Below, piece after piece: positions 42,364 to 55,142 of a stretch of DNA of 64,000 nt. The position numbers and the translations under genes were made by a program. Positions within the stretch are counted from its first letter, which is position 1. Each line of letters starts with the position of its first letter. The DNA comes from Octopus sinensis (taxonomy: Eukaryota): positions 61,070,001 to 61,134,000 of the forward strand of contig NC_042998.1 in the NCBI RefSeq assembly GCF_006345805.1, written 5' to 3'. The notes below the pieces were generated by a model. It was not told the origin of the DNA and ran no database searches. It saw nothing but the letters and a program-made list of their open reading frames with translations.

Positions 42364-42749
42364 CTGCTGCTGCTGTTGATGTTGTTGCCGCTGTTGATGA
42401 TGTTGCTGCCAATGATGTTGGAGCTGGGGCTGCTGGTGTTGGTGCCGCTGGAGGTGGTGGTTGCGTCGGTAATGTTACCGCCCCTGAGTATGTTGCCGGT
42501 AAAGCACCTATTTATGGTGTTACTAATGCTGCCAATGTTGTCAATATTGGCGCTGATGTTGTTATTTGTTGTCATTGTTGCTGCTGCTGTCGTCGTCGAC
42601 GGTGCTGTTGCTGGAGTCGGGGCCGTTGGTGTTGGTGAAGGTGGGGTGATTGGTGAAGGTGGGGTGATGGTGGCATTGGTAATACTAGCGCCGTTGCCGG
42701 TTATGTATATATGATGGACTCTTGTCGTAAAATAGAGCAGTAATCAAGA

Positions 42750-42900
42750 ACTCTGGGCACGAATGCGTTTCTTGAGACCTACTTGTGCCCTGCAAACCTT
42801 TTGGCAAATGGAACAAGTTTAGGACTCAGTTTGTTTGAGTGCTTGTGGATCATTTAATATGTGTTTTCTTGCGTGAACATGGCCTGCTTTGCTTCGTGCC
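42750..42900 (-). mobile_element. RTE-type LINE C-terminal zinc-finger remnant
   Basis: Minus frame TCSICQKVCRAQVGLKKRIRAQ. Confidence 0.5.
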
Positions 42901-42919
42901 ACAGGTCTTATTACTTTCT

Positions 42920-43350
42920 CCTATTACTTTCTCTGCTCACGTATCCAAGATGCGTGTCCAAAGTAGCTTTCCACCCACCCAACAAGCCCTACTAAAAGTA
43001 AAGGTCGAGACGTTCCCAGGAAAACCTCTAGACGTCGAAAGAAATCTGGCCGACCTGTTAAGGACGGTGCATAAACTGTTATTAGTCGAAAAGCACACCC
43101 ATTACTGCCATCGACATCCAAGACGACCAGCCTACCCTCGAGTCTAGGAAAATTGCTCTTACTTTGGGGTCCAGACTCTTCTGAAGAAGCACCGCGGTGC
43201 CACCTCCACCCATTCTCGGCAGACACGGAGAAAAATAAATGTCGAAATGTCGGCCGAACATGTGCTGGTTGTGGAGTCTGGTCTCGCTAATGGCAATGAT
43301 ATGCACTTTCTGTTACTTGATGTCATTTAACAGGTAGCCTTGTTTCCATG
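42920..43350 (-). pseudogene. Tx1/L1-type LINE apurinic-like endonuclease fragment
   Basis: IIAISETRL, GGGTAVLL, GRLVVLDV, FRLITVYAP and FFRRLEVFL..LLLVG in frameshifted pieces. Confidence 0.7.
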
Positions 43351-43440
43351 GGGACCCCAATCCACATACATGTATACGATCTATTTTGAGCATGTTCCTA
43401 TCGTAAGTTGTATTTAACACATAAAAGGAAGACGAAAGAC

Positions 43441-43479
<39 letters not shown>

Positions 43480-43483
<4 letters not shown>

Positions 43484-44270
43484 CATACTGTACGAAAGTT
43501 GTTTGTCCTTCACCTCACTGTCTTCTCCCAGAAGGTTTTTGTACAGGTTTTTAGAGACATATTTTTGAAATCTCCCTACTGCATCCGGGTAGGGAGGTTT
43601 CAGTGTGTTGTGTGTGTTCTGTGTTACATGTATGATTTTAATGTGCTGTGATGGTGTTGTGCGTGGGTGATTATTTGTTTTGATATCGTTTTCTGTTATG
43701 TTTGACCTAATGTATTCCATTAGGTCTGGATTGCTAGTATTTATAGCTGTTAACATTGTTGGGCCATTTGGTGTTTGTGTGTCTGTGTTGATACTTTTGT
43801 TTTCTGCGGGAGTTTTGGTTTCGGGACAGGTAAACTTCCCTGCTTTGTTTGTCTGCTTCTCTATTCTTTTTTTCTTCGTTTTCTCCTTCACCCCTGTGAC
43901 CTCTTGCCAATCCTCTGTGTCAACTTCATCTGACTACATGTCGGAGGAATCAGGGAAGGGTTTTGAGGTATATTTCTGAGTATGTTGATTTTGTTGTTGG
44001 TGTTGGTGCTGGTTGGTGACAGTTGGGATGTGGTGTATGGGTTTTGGGTTGGGGTATGAGTCCTTTTGGTTATCTCTTTTTCCTTTTGAGTTGTTGTTGT
44101 TGGTGACGATAGTGTTATTTCTGTTCTTGGTGGCGCTGATGGTGGTGTCGTTTGGTTGCTGATGTTCCTTCATTTGTTTATAGAGCTATTTTATTAATTG
44201 TGCATATGGCGGTGTGGGCAGCAGTGGTAGTTTTTTTCTTGGCTTTTGGTTGTCTTGTTGTGGTTAATGT
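43480..44270 (-). other. Low-complexity N/T/Q-rich ORF remnants, possibly the ORF1 tail of the adjacent Tx1/L1-like element
   Basis: Co-oriented ORFs 43934-44173 and 43481-43891 just upstream of the APE fragment. No diagnostic motif. Confidence 0.3.
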
Positions 44271-44309
44271 TGGTGTTCTTGATCTTTAGATAGATAGATA
44301 GATAGATAG

Positions 44310-44402
<93 letters not shown>

Positions 44403-45581
44403 TTGCTTTTATCTCAAGTTATATATAAAAACAATTTAACTTTAAACTGAAAAATAACTTATTACTTTTTGGTAGAGTATACGTTTAATAAATCTTTAGA
44501 AGTGAGGTGTCAGTGACTTCGAAATTTCGGGATTTCTCGTGAAGTAAATATATTATTTATCTCTCGGTGTATTTACTGGCAACACATCATTGTGCAATTA
44601 CATGTTGGGATGGTATACAAAAAACGGTTAAATAGAGAAAGGAAGAGGAATTGACTTCAATTTTGAACTTGATTTGGTGAAATTTATGATTGCAAGGGAA
44701 GCATATTCACTACGTTTAGGATGCATGTGTACGTTGAATGGAACGTTATACCAAAATGAATGTCGTTTTCTGCTTTTACATCAGGTGCTGTTACTATCAT
44801 TGCTTCTTCATCCTATCCTTACAGTTTCTCCATCATAAGTTTCGTTATTATGATCGAATAAATGTATTTTCAGACAATAAGTATCTAAAATTACCTTCCC
44901 ATGTACGTTCTTCCGCATTGTAATTTGAGGTGATTTGCATGACATTTATTTATCATTTTTAGCAAGATGAAGTTCTTGTTAGCTCCCAAGTTGCCCTTGC
45001 TTTGCTGTTACAATAGAAGCTTTTTTTTCCTGAAAGAGGTTCTCTGGTTTTATTTTTATGATTTTACGTTTATTAATTGTACAGTGATTATCATACTTGC
45101 TTTCCTTGTAAATAGTAATAAATACGTAGCTAACGCAATGCACCAAACGGTTTCACTCATATTCCTTATTAAAGAACTCGGGAGAAATCAGTAATAGCTA
45201 CTTTTCAATAAGACAGCAGAGAAAGCAACTTAGTTGATTGACTGAACTGTGAAGATAAGATGTAAAATTCGGATATTATATATAAAAGAAGAATGTAATG
45301 ATTGACGAGAACACCTATAAACCTGAACTCACAGATAAAAAAATTGTGATATTGATTCTGATTGAATTGCAGAGGAACTCCCTTGTCACTGACATCACTG
45401 AATTTTCAGTTTAATCGGCGGCTGACACGTTGGAAACTTATAACCAACGACTCTGATGTTCGCAAAATGCATGATATAGATACGAATGAAGAAAATGCTA
45501 CACGTTTAATAATGCGTATCATCCAGCCAGAAGCAGCCATTTTAAAGATTTCTTCGTAAAGGGGTCTATCCTGGTAGTATA

Positions 45582-45927
45582 AAGACCCCCTTCGGTCAGG
45601 CACTGACCATGGGTTTGCACCTAGAGAGATACCCTCTGAGGCACAAGTCTGGGCAAGGTTGTTTTTTTTTTTATGGAAGACCAGCAGTCGCCCATGCATA
45701 CCGGCCTCCCCTCTCCACGTCACCGATGTTGTCCAAGGGAAAGGCAAGGGCCGATACAGCTTGGCACCTGTGACGTCGCAACTCATTTCTACAGCTGAGT
45801 GAACTGGAGCAACGTGAAATAAAGTGCCTTGCTCAAGAACACAACACGCAGCCCCGTCCGGGATTCGAGCTCACAACCTCACGATCGTAAGCTCGACGCT
45901 CTAACCACTGAGCCATGCGCCTTCACA
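45582..45927 (-). mobile_element. CORE-type tRNA-SINE with 10-bp target-site duplication
   Basis: Minus strand: GGCGCATGGCTCAGTGGTTAG, GAGCTCGAATCCC, CTTGAGCAAGGCACTTTATTTCACG. TGGTAGTATA at 45572-45581 and 45928-45937. Confidence 0.88.
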
Positions 45928-46104
45928 TGGTAGTATACAGTTTAGAAAATAGGAGCTGAAACTACCCCCCACTCCCTCCTATATAGAAAGGAACTAATTA
46001 CGCTTATGGAACCTATTACTGGTCGCCGTCAACTTACGACCGATCGACTTTACGATGATTAGGGCGCCAGCTCCCGTCAGCAATAATAAAGAGTCCAGTT
46101 AAAT

Positions 46105-47220
46105 ACATGACTGGATTTAAAGCATTTAAGGACAGCTGACTCTGTAGCTTGTCGGGAACATCGCAAGGTTTAAGCTGAAATCTTTCTTAATCTGCCACTC
46201 AGAGAAGCCGCGTGTAGATAAGCACACATTACCCGTCTACTTTCGTTCTCAGCCTAAAGCATGGATGACACGAGGACTGCTTGAAGACTGGTTTCTGAAT
46301 TTTGTTTTATTCCTCAAGTTCGTAGATATTGTTTGGAGAAAGGAATTCCTTTCAAGATTTTATTGCTTCTGGATAATGCGCCTGAGCATTCATCTCATCT
46401 ATCGGATCTTCATCCCGACGTGAAAGTGGGGTTTTTTTCCGTCGAACACGACTCCACTCGTCCAGCCAATAGATCAAGGTTCGATTGCTACGCTGAAGGC
46501 TAACTATCTTCGAACCACCTTCGCTCAAGCCATAGCCACCAACCAAGAACTATCACTGCGAGAATTTTGGAAAAAGTACATTCTGACGTGTATCAAGAAT
46601 ATTGCTACCAATTGGGAGGCTGTGACAAAGGAATGCATGAAAGGCGTCTGGAAAAAATTGTTGGAAAATGCTTTGTTGACACGCTTGATGGATTTGGTAA
46701 AATTGTTGGAAAACGCTTTGTTGATACGCTTGATGGATTTGGTAGTGAACATGAACTTGAAACGAGTCGTGGGAAAATAGTAAAACCGGCTAAAGACCTT
46801 TCTTGGAGTGTAATGTGAAAGCCATCGAAGATTAGCTAGACCAAGAATCGGAAGAGCTTACAAATAAAGAGCTTATTGAAATGGAAACAGAACGCGTGGA
46901 GGAAGAGAGGAGGGAAGGGGAGAAAGAAGAGGAGATACCAGAAAGGAGTTTCTTTACAAAAGGATTATCAGAAGGTTTATTTCACCTGAATAAACTTCTT
47001 ACACACTTTGAAGCAACAGACCCAAACAGCGAACAATTTGAAAGGATTGAACGGATGGCACACGATGTGTTTCGTCTGTATCGTTAAATTTATGAAAAGA
47101 AAAAGAACCAAACAATTCAGACAAAGCTTACCATGTTTATCAAAAGACCAACTCCGTCTACTACAACTATTGCTTCAGCAAACGACATCAAAGATCCCTA
47201 GCCAAGCACCAGTCTACAAT
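46105..47220 (+). mobile_element. Tigger/pogo DDE transposase pseudogene
   Basis: GFKAFKD, QPKAWMT..LEDWF, KILLLLDNAPEH, NTT..VQPIDQG..ATLKANYLR, REFWK and C-terminal ETERVEEE..FFTKGLSEG. Internal 45-bp tandem duplication near 46645-46745. Confidence 0.88.
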
Positions 47221-47340
47221 AAGATTTTATGTAAGTTTTGCAACTGTTTCTTACACTACATTGTGTATTTCTGGTACTTGCATTCTTTGGTACTTTTCTA
47301 GGAAGAGATAACACTGTTGTAGTATAATACAGAATGCTGT

Positions 47341-47500
47341 ATTATTTACATTATTTACAATTGACGGATATTTGTCCTTATCTTGTTTGTTGTTAACACA
47401 ACGCTTCGGCTGATATACCCTCCAGCCTTCATCAGGTGTCTTGTAGAAATTTCGAACCTGGGTTCTCATTCCTGAGATATTTTCGATGTTGTCGTTGTTG

Positions 47501-47530
<30 letters not shown>
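47341..47530 (-). mobile_element. Solo pLTR module of the Poseidon family with hammerhead-like motif (47395-47440)
   Basis: Matches 30460-30600 in reverse: GACAC-CTGATGA-AGGCTG-GAGGGTATAT-CAGCC-GAAG-CGTT-GTGTT, preceded in its own sense by (AAT)n. Confidence 0.78.
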
Positions 47531-47537
<7 letters not shown>

Positions 47538-47604
47538 CTCTTAAATACGTGATATCGTGTAAATATTGAGTTAAAAAACCCCTTTGGTTAGAAAACATCG
47601 AATG

Positions 47605-47670
47605 CTACCCGTGGGACTTGAACACACATCTTCTATAAATATGAAAGACGTTCTACCATCTCAACCAAAA
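47605..47670 (-). other. Degenerate tRNA-like head
   Basis: Minus strand GGTTGAGATGGTAGAACG..GTGTGTTCAAGTCCCAC resembles D-arm and T-arm motifs. Confidence 0.45.
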
Positions 47671-48200
47671 CAGTCCGAATTTCTCTGCTGTTGTTGCTGT
47701 TGCTTTTATCGTTGCAATTGTTGCTGGGATTTTATTTTCTCTGCTTGCGAGTGTGTGTTTAACTGTTTTATCTTTGACGGCCATATTGTGTTATCACCAT
47801 TGTAAAACTGATTCCCTAATTCCAGTTGTGCATATTTATGGTTATTCAGCACGATGACATCACACTCGACTATAGACGTGACTTTACAATGGAAGCAAGT
47901 CGTAAACAATAATTACTGCCAGAATTTGAATGAATTTTATTGTTACCACTAAAGTCAGGATCAGAGAGGAACGAGTTAAAGCATAAATTATTTTTATATT
48001 TTGTAGATATACTTACTTGGTAAATGACTTGATCTAAGATTGTATGCTGAAATTGAAATAATTATGAAATAAATATATCGAGATCAGGATATACGCATTG
48101 GCATTATTTTACTACGAGATGCGTCAGAAATATATCAGTGACTAATTAGTAGATACACGTGCGACGAACTCTTTTGGTTGTTACTGTATATACTGCTATA

Positions 48201-48502
48201 GAGTGAAGGTGGGTTAGTGGTTAGAGTGTATTCGGCTCACGATCGTAAGGTCGTGAGTTCGATTCCCAGTGGCGCGTTATGTCCTTGTACAAGACATTTT
48301 ATTTCACGTTGCTCCAGTCCACTTAGCTGGCAAAAATGAGTTGTACCTTGTCACATTCTATGTTACGCTAAATCTCCCTGAGAACTATGCCAAGTATACG
48401 CATATCTGTGGAGTGCTCAACCATTTGCACGTTGATTCACGAGCAGGCTGTTCTGTTGATCGGATCCATTAGAACCCTCGTCGTCGTAACCGATGAAGTG
48501 CC
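48201..48502 (+). mobile_element. CORE-type tRNA-SINE
   Basis: TAGTGGTTAG, GAGTTCGATTCCC, CORE-like TTATTTCACGTTGCTCCAG, tail GAACCCTCGTCGTCGTAACC. Confidence 0.8.
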
Positions 48503-48759
48503 AATTTTATAATACTATCGTGAAATAAATGGAAATTGATGTAGTTGTGTGTGTGTAGTTTAAATTGTTATCAAAATTCTGCTACGATTCATTATTTCAC
48601 TATTTGAAATCACGTGTAAAATACTTTTCGTTCTCTATTTGGAGTGCGAAAAATATTTATTTGATATATAACATGTGGAAGCATCAGATAACTTAATAAA
48701 TAAACTGAACTTTGATAACACTAAAATTCAAGTCGAATCTATTAATATTTTCTGCTACA

Positions 48760-49175
48760 GGTAGAAGGCCTGAAATTCTGGTTGGGGAGGGACCAGTCAA
48801 TTACATCACTACCCAATTTCCTACAGGTACTTATTTCATCGACTATTAAAAGATGAAAGGCAAAGTCGGCCTCGACGGAATTTGGACTTAGAACATGAAG
48901 AATGACGAAGTGTACGAAGTATTTTTTCGGCGCACTAGAAATTCTAACAGCGCGCCGCCTTTAAATAATTCTTTCTATTATAGGCAGAAGGCCTGAAAGT
49001 TTATGGGAAAGTTGAGTAGTAGAGGTCGATGTAATCGACCCCAGTACTCAACTGGCACCTATTTTATCGATCCCGAAAAGATGAAAGACAAAGCACCCCG
49101 ATGGAATTGAGACTCAGAATGTGCTTAGTAGTATTTTGTCTGGCGTTCTAACGATTCCGCCGGCTCACCGCCTTT
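48760..49175 (-). mobile_element. Two degraded tRNA-SINEs of the 12614 family in tandem
   Basis: Each has GAAGGCCTGAAA..ATCGA..ATGAAAG(G/A)CAAAG and ends at a CGCCGCC/CACCGCC head. Confidence 0.65.
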
Positions 49176-49779
49176 GAAATTCCTATTAATAAATGCAAAT
49201 CTATTTTATCAATGCAAATGAAAATATTCAGTCTATTACATTCCTGACGTAGCTATTCTGAAGCCAATTTCGGAATGTGTTTCTATATGACATATTACAG
49301 AAGATTGATTGTCATCTCAGCGGAAATATCATCTATCTTGAGAAATACTGGACAACATGAACACATAATACGATACAAAAGAATTCTTACATCTGCTTAA
49401 TACACATTTAAAACTGTTTTCGTAGCCGATATTCTTCTCAACTTGTTGGATTCTCATGCCTGTTTGACGAGTCACCAGTCTTCGAGATTTTCTAAGTCTG
49501 GCATAAAATATGCCATCTTCCGGATGTTTTGCTTATCTATGGAGCCATGTTTATGAAATATTATCAATGAAAATGCCTTGTTTTTTTTATTGAAAACGTA
49601 CTACTATATAAACATCTTCCAAATTAAATACGAGAGAATATAATCTCTGAGAAATGAAACTGTTCTTAGGCTAATCAAATTAGAAACCAAACTATAGATG
49701 AGAACATTTACTGTAATACGAGAATCGCAGGTTCAATCTCGTTTGCATTAAAAAAAAGGTTGCTCAGCTTATTAGCATG

Positions 49780-50050
49780 AATTCTCACTAAAACAAATTC
49801 CGATCTCTGGCCCCACAGATATGCTGTTCTTTACCCACTGCCTTTTCAGCTGCTTCTACAGTGGTTTCTACATCTTAAAGTTAGCTAACCTCGTTCTACA
49901 TCCCCCAAACATTTCTGCCTTATTTGCTTCTCCTCCTGCTGTTATCCATATCATGTCTAATCTAGCTCATGCTCTGAACTAATCACTATATCTAAGCCTT
50001 CATCACCAGAACGCCGGTTCTCTGTACCCTGATTTCTGCTAAACTCTGTT
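49780..50050 (+). mobile_element. Degraded CR1/L2-group LINE 3' remnant
   Basis: Frameshifted resemblance to FY..G.CS.ELA.LVPP and TNHYI.AFI.RT segments. Confidence 0.4.
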
Positions 50051-50149
50051 TTCTATATAGTATAGGCAGCTACAACACCACTTTTTGTTTTAGTCAGGTA
50101 GGAAGTCAGCCTGAGCACTATTTGTTGATACGCACATACATCTGTCAGT

Positions 50150-50597
50150 TGTCCGGTATGTATGTATATACATACGACTTCCTTCCGTCAACCAAATTCA
50201 CTCGCAAGGCATTGATAGATCTGGAACTATAGTAGAAAAAACTTATCCAAGAAACTGTGCGGTGGGACAGAACACGAAACTACTTGGTTGCTAAGCAAGC
50301 TTCTCAACTATACAGTCATGCTTCCGCCAATAAGATACTTCTGTATAAGGTATTAATAAATAAAACAAGAGTGAAAATAATAACCCTTTCTATCATCGGC
50401 ACAAGGCCTGAAATTTGGGGGAAAGGGGCAAGTCAATTACATCGACCTCAGTACTCAACTGGTACAAGATTTATCGACCCCAAAATGATGAAAGGCAAAG
50501 TCAACCTCGGCGGAATTTGAACTCAGAGCGTAACGACAGACGAAACACCGCTAAGCTTTTCGCCCGGCGTGCTAACGATTCTGCCAGCTCGCCGCCC
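50150..50597 (-). mobile_element. Degraded CORE-SINE head (50150-50330) and near-complete 12614-family SINE (50392-50597)
   Basis: GGCAAAGTCAACCTCGGCGGAATTTGAACTCAG..CTGCCAGCTCGCCGCC. Confidence 0.75.
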
Positions 50598-51181
50598 TAA
50601 GAGTGAAAATAATAATGACATAGACGTGTGTTTTTATTGGCTAACATGGCCCTTCCACGGTGTAATTGTTTCTACAAACGATACCGGACGATCTAGTCTC
50701 TTGCCAAGACTTTACAACTCTAAAAGTTAAGTTAGTGTTAACGTATTTAATGCGGGTAAGTAGTAAAAGCCTTAGATGTAATTATTTCATGCAGAAAACC
50801 ACAGTATTGGTTGAGCATTAATACTATTTTCTCCTTCAGCTCAACACTCCGAACCTAAGCATTTCGAAACAACGTTGTATAGCTTTAGACGATATCTTTA
50901 CAGAAACTTTATGATGCGTAAAGCTAATCGGGAATGAAATATTGTCGAAGCCATGTTTTCCACACGGCATGCTTAAAGAAGAGATGCACACCATTTACAC
51001 ATACATAGATACATACAGACATACGTACATACAAAACACTACAATACATTCAATGCATTATATTAATATATTCTTGTTCTCAACTCTCCTTCACATTCAA
51101 TGAATGCCTTTGATATCCACAAGAACGACTGCATTAAACTATGGTTTAGATTCAAATACATGATTCGCAAAGCACGCACGC

Positions 51182-51228
<47 letters not shown>

Positions 51229-51335
51229 GCACAAACACATACATATAAACATATTGTATATCATACATATATATGTGCTCATTATATATATACATGTATA
51301 ATATATATGCATATATATATATATGCATATATATA

Positions 51336-51402
<67 letters not shown>

Positions 51403-51614
51403 ACATGCATGTATGTATGCATTTGTATATATATAAACACATATATATGTATTTATACATATACACATATATTATACATGTGTATAATACATATATATAT
51501 GTATGTATGTATATATATATATATATATATGTATAAGGGTGGAAAGGAACACACGAGTTGATATATATGAAAAAACAAGTCAAAAATAGAAAATGCTAAG
51601 ATGATTTTATAGTG

Positions 51615-51667
51615 AATCTTTCAGTACCGGTTTCGGTCATTTTGAGACCTTTTCAACTGTAACGATT
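51615..51667 (-). ncRNA. Type I hammerhead-like motif with U3-A8 core variant (sense to the PLE)
   Basis: AATC-GTTA-CAG-TTGAAAA-GGTC-TCAAAAT-GACC-GAAA-CCGGTA-CTG-AAA-GATT. Confidence 0.65.
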
Positions 51668-52205
51668 AAATAATTAAATTTTGAAAAATTTAGAAAAATT
51701 AGAAGAAAGGTTTTTTTAAAGGAATACTTCCATAGTAGTGTTCCGATATAGGTGGCATTCTGCCTTTCTCTGAATCCCTTGTTTGCACTTGTGTATTCGA
51801 GGTCGTTGTGAGTTCTTGAGGGGGTGGGAGTGGGAAAATCTGGGCTGGTCAGTGGCGACCGGCAGTCGCTGCGTAGGCGTTATACTTAAAGACATTAGTG
51901 GGGGTAGAAGGTGGAGAAGTAGAAGAAGAAGAAGAAGATGACGGTGCCGATGATGATGACGACGATGAAGAAGAAGAAGGAGAAGGAGAAGATGACGATG
52001 ATGATGGTGGTGATGACGATGACGACGATGATGATGATAACGATGATGATGAAGAAGAAGAAGAGGAAGAAGAAGAAAAAAAACAGAGAAGGGAGAATAT
52101 GAATGGGTGAAGATATAGCTGTTTTGGGGCGATTAGTAATGGATTCTATGGAATGTAATATTTGTGTGTGTATATATATTTCTTTTATTCTTAAGTTGAG
52201 GTATA

Positions 52206-53978
52206 TTAATTGTTTGTCGTAGACCCGTTAAGAAGTGGCCTGTATTTTATAATAAAGAGATTTTCTTTACTTATTCGTTGTCTCGAGGTTGTATCGTCCC
52301 TAAATTGGTAGAGGGGGAAAATTCTGAAGTTTGGTGTTTTTTTGTTGGCGCAAGTATCTATGTGTTGGCTAAAAGCTATTTTTCTGTTTTGGGGAATTTT
52401 TATCTGGGATCTGTGCAGGGCCATTCGTTAACGCAAACAATTTTTTGTTTGGCCTATGTACTGCTCTTGACACCCGGAGCAGGTTAGTGAGTATATTAGG
52501 TTCTCCGAAGCACATGTGAAGTTGCTTTTCACTGTAAACCGTTGTCCCTGTTTGAAGGAGAACTCAGAACCCTCGATTAGATAGTCGCATATCCCGCAAT
52601 TGGGTCTTCCACATTTTTTTACTGTCGGCTTCTGTGTTGAAGAGTGAATTCGGGCTTGTGTTAGGAGACTTTTCATGGATCTAGGCTGTCTTTTGCTTTT
52701 TATGATCGTGTGTGTTTGGAGGATTGTGTTCATTCTGTGGTCTTTTTTTAGGAGGGGTATGTTGTGGAGGATGGTGCCGAAGGCTTCGTTATTGAGAGGG
52801 TTGTGTGTGGAGATGTATGGTAAGGCTTTTGGTTGTAAGTTTTTCTTTGATTTGGGATGTCTCAGTTCCTTGATGTTAAGTTGAAGGGCACGTTGAATGC
52901 ACTTGTCAATAAGTGAAGGTGGATAGTTCCTGGTGATAAGGGTATCTTTTAGTTCTTGTAGTCGTGTGTCTCTGGTGTTTGCGTTAGAGACTATAGTGCA
53001 TGTCCTTTTTGCTAGATTGAAGGGGATATTCATCCTGGTGTGTCTGGGGTGGCATGAATTGAATGGAAGATATTGCTTAGAGTCTGTAGGCTTATAGTAT
53101 ATGTCTGTTTCTATTATATTATTAGCTTTCTTAATGAGGATATCGAGGAAGGGAAGTTGTTGCTGGCTATATTCCATCGTGAATTGGATGTTTACGTCCA
53201 GCCCGTTTAAAATTTCCTGGAATTCTATGAGTTTTTCTATATTTTTATGCCAAAGAATGAAACAGTCATCTAGATATCTTTTCCAGTTGTTTTCTATGTA
53301 GATGGAGAAAGGGCTGCCATATCTTTCTAGAACCTTACGATATAGACTGATCTCTAGGTATCCTATGACTAGGTTGGCAAAGGAGGGGGCCATTCGTGTA
53401 CCCATCGCAGTCCCCGATTTTTGTCGGTAGAAGTTGTCATTGAAGGCGAAGAAGTTATTTTCCAGGATGAATTTAACCCCTTCTATCACGAATTCTTTTT
53501 TGATGCGGTGTGGTAGTTCGTTGGCGTGATTCTCTAGCCAGAATTGGATTGCCTCTAGTCCTAGGTTGTGGGGGATATTGGAGTAGAAGTTGACTACATC
53601 GAAGGATACCAGTATGGTGTTTTGGTTTATAGTATTCGGTAGGTGATTGAGCATATCTAAGTCGTCCCTTATATAGCTTTTGACATGTTTGAGGAGTGGT
53701 TTTAACAGGGTGTCTAAAAAGTTACTGAGGCGGTGGGTTTCGCATGCGGGACCTGCTATTATGGGTCTCAATTTGAGGTCATTAGGATTAGGGACTTTAA
53801 TTATTTTGTCTGTGGCTATCTTGCATGCGTTGCTTATTTTTTTTTTTTTTTCACTTTTGTGGATCTTAGGTATACCGTAGAATTGGCTAGTTTTACTTGT
53901 GAAATTGGTCATATAATCATATTCTTTGTCGGTGAGCCCTGCTTTGTATGGGTTAAATATGGATTTTAGTTCCCTCAT
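52206..53978 (-). pseudogene. PLE reverse transcriptase + Cys linker + GIY-YIG endonuclease, one in-frame stop at ~52428
   Basis: 516-aa ORF: FYGIPKIHK, LRPII, SFDVVNFYSNIP, GTAMGTRMAP, RYLDDCF, IQFTME..LPFLD, YKPTD..YLPFNSCHP, CGRPNCGIC, NLIYSLTC..C..QYIGQT. Continues in frame as 52206-52424. Confidence 0.9.
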
Positions 53979-54056
53979 TATTTTTTGTTGACTGTAGTTT
54001 TCCTTTAAAAAAACCTTTCTTCTAATTTTTCTAAATTTTTCAAAATTTAATTATTT

Positions 54057-54109
54057 AATCGTTACAGTTGAAAAGGTCTCAAAATGACCGAAACCGGTAC
54101 TGAAAGATT
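54057..54109 (+). ncRNA. Identical hammerhead-like motif in the inverted pLTR
   Basis: Same sequence as 51615-51667 on the opposite strand. Confidence 0.65.
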
Positions 54110-54151
54110 CACTATAAAATCATCTTAGCATTTTCTATTTTTGACTTGTTT

Positions 54152-54203
<52 letters not shown>

Positions 54204-54399
54204 GAGATATACAATTGGCAATCCAATAGTTTATTTATATTATAATATAATATACTATGAATATAATATAACATAATATAAGATGATATAAACTAGTATA
54301 AATTAAAATGCCAACAACTTGTTTCGACTTATATACATTTTTTGATGTATAAACAATTCCCTTATATATAAGTCTCTTCCTTGGTTTGGTAATATACAT

Positions 54400-54510
54400 T
54401 GATTACACCAACCACATTGTTCCACTGGTACTTATTTTATTGACCCCCAAAAGGACGAAAGGCAAAGTCGACCTCGGTGGAATTTAAACTCAGAATGTAA
54501 AAACGGGTTT
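54400..54510 (-). mobile_element. Fragment of 12614-family SINE
   Basis: ACTGGTACTTATTTTATTGACCCC..GAAAGGCAAAGTCGACCTCGGTGGAATTTAAACTCAG. Confidence 0.65.
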
Positions 54511-54720
54511 TGTTGTGTCTAGTTAGAGTCATTAAAGCCAATATTATTAACACATGCACAAGATCAATTCCTCTCCTTTATTATTAGTCAAATGGTTAGA
54601 TATCCAACTAACTTATCGATTGTTTGTTTGATTGGTTAAACAGCAAGTCATTTATTTCGTTTTTGTTTGTCAAAGCTCTTTCGGTGCTAAACCAGATACA
54701 AAAACGAAGTAAAAACAGGT

Positions 54721-55142
54721 GAAATACCTATTTCTTTACTACCCACAAGGGGCTAAACACAGAAGGGACAAACAAGGACAGACAAACGGATTAAGTCGAT
54801 TATATCGATCCCAGTGCGTAACTGGTACTTATTTAATCGACCCCGAAAGGATGAAAGGCAAAGTCGACCTCGGCGGAATTTGAACTCAGAACGTAGCGGC
54901 AGACGAAATACCTATTTCTTTACTACCCACAAGGGGCTAAACACAGAGAGGACAAACAAGGACAGACAAACGGATTAAGTCGATTATATCGACCTCAGTG
55001 CGTAACTGGTACTTATTTAATCGACCCCGATAGGATGAAAGGCAAAGTCGACCTCGGCGGAATTTGAACTCAGAACGTAGCGGCAGACGAAATATGGCTA
55101 CGCATTTCGTCCGGCGTGCTAACGTTTCTGCCAGCTCGCCGC
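54721..55142 (-). mobile_element. tRNA-SINE with two tandem 184-bp body units
   Basis: Units 54721-54904 and 54905-55088 are near-identical; head at 55089-55142. Same architecture as 12614-13072. Confidence 0.88.

Larger units (their letters stand above)
51540..54163 (-). mobile_element. Young Neptune-type Penelope-like element, 5'-truncated, with apparently identical ~164-bp inverted ends, in (TA)n
   Basis: 51561-51724 is the reverse complement of 54000-54163 with no mismatch seen by eye. Long RT/GIY-YIG ORF inside. (TA)n on both flanks. Confidence 0.92.

Noticed and set aside
41938-42714. 258-aa ORF with hydrophobic/Gly-Val-rich tail
   Set aside because: Runs through (CT)n, (TA)n and a degenerate GNT trinucleotide repeat; no domain motif.
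51898-52110. Acidic poly-D/E ORF
   Set aside because: (GAA)n/(GAT)n microsatellite inside the Neptune 3' region, antisense to the element.
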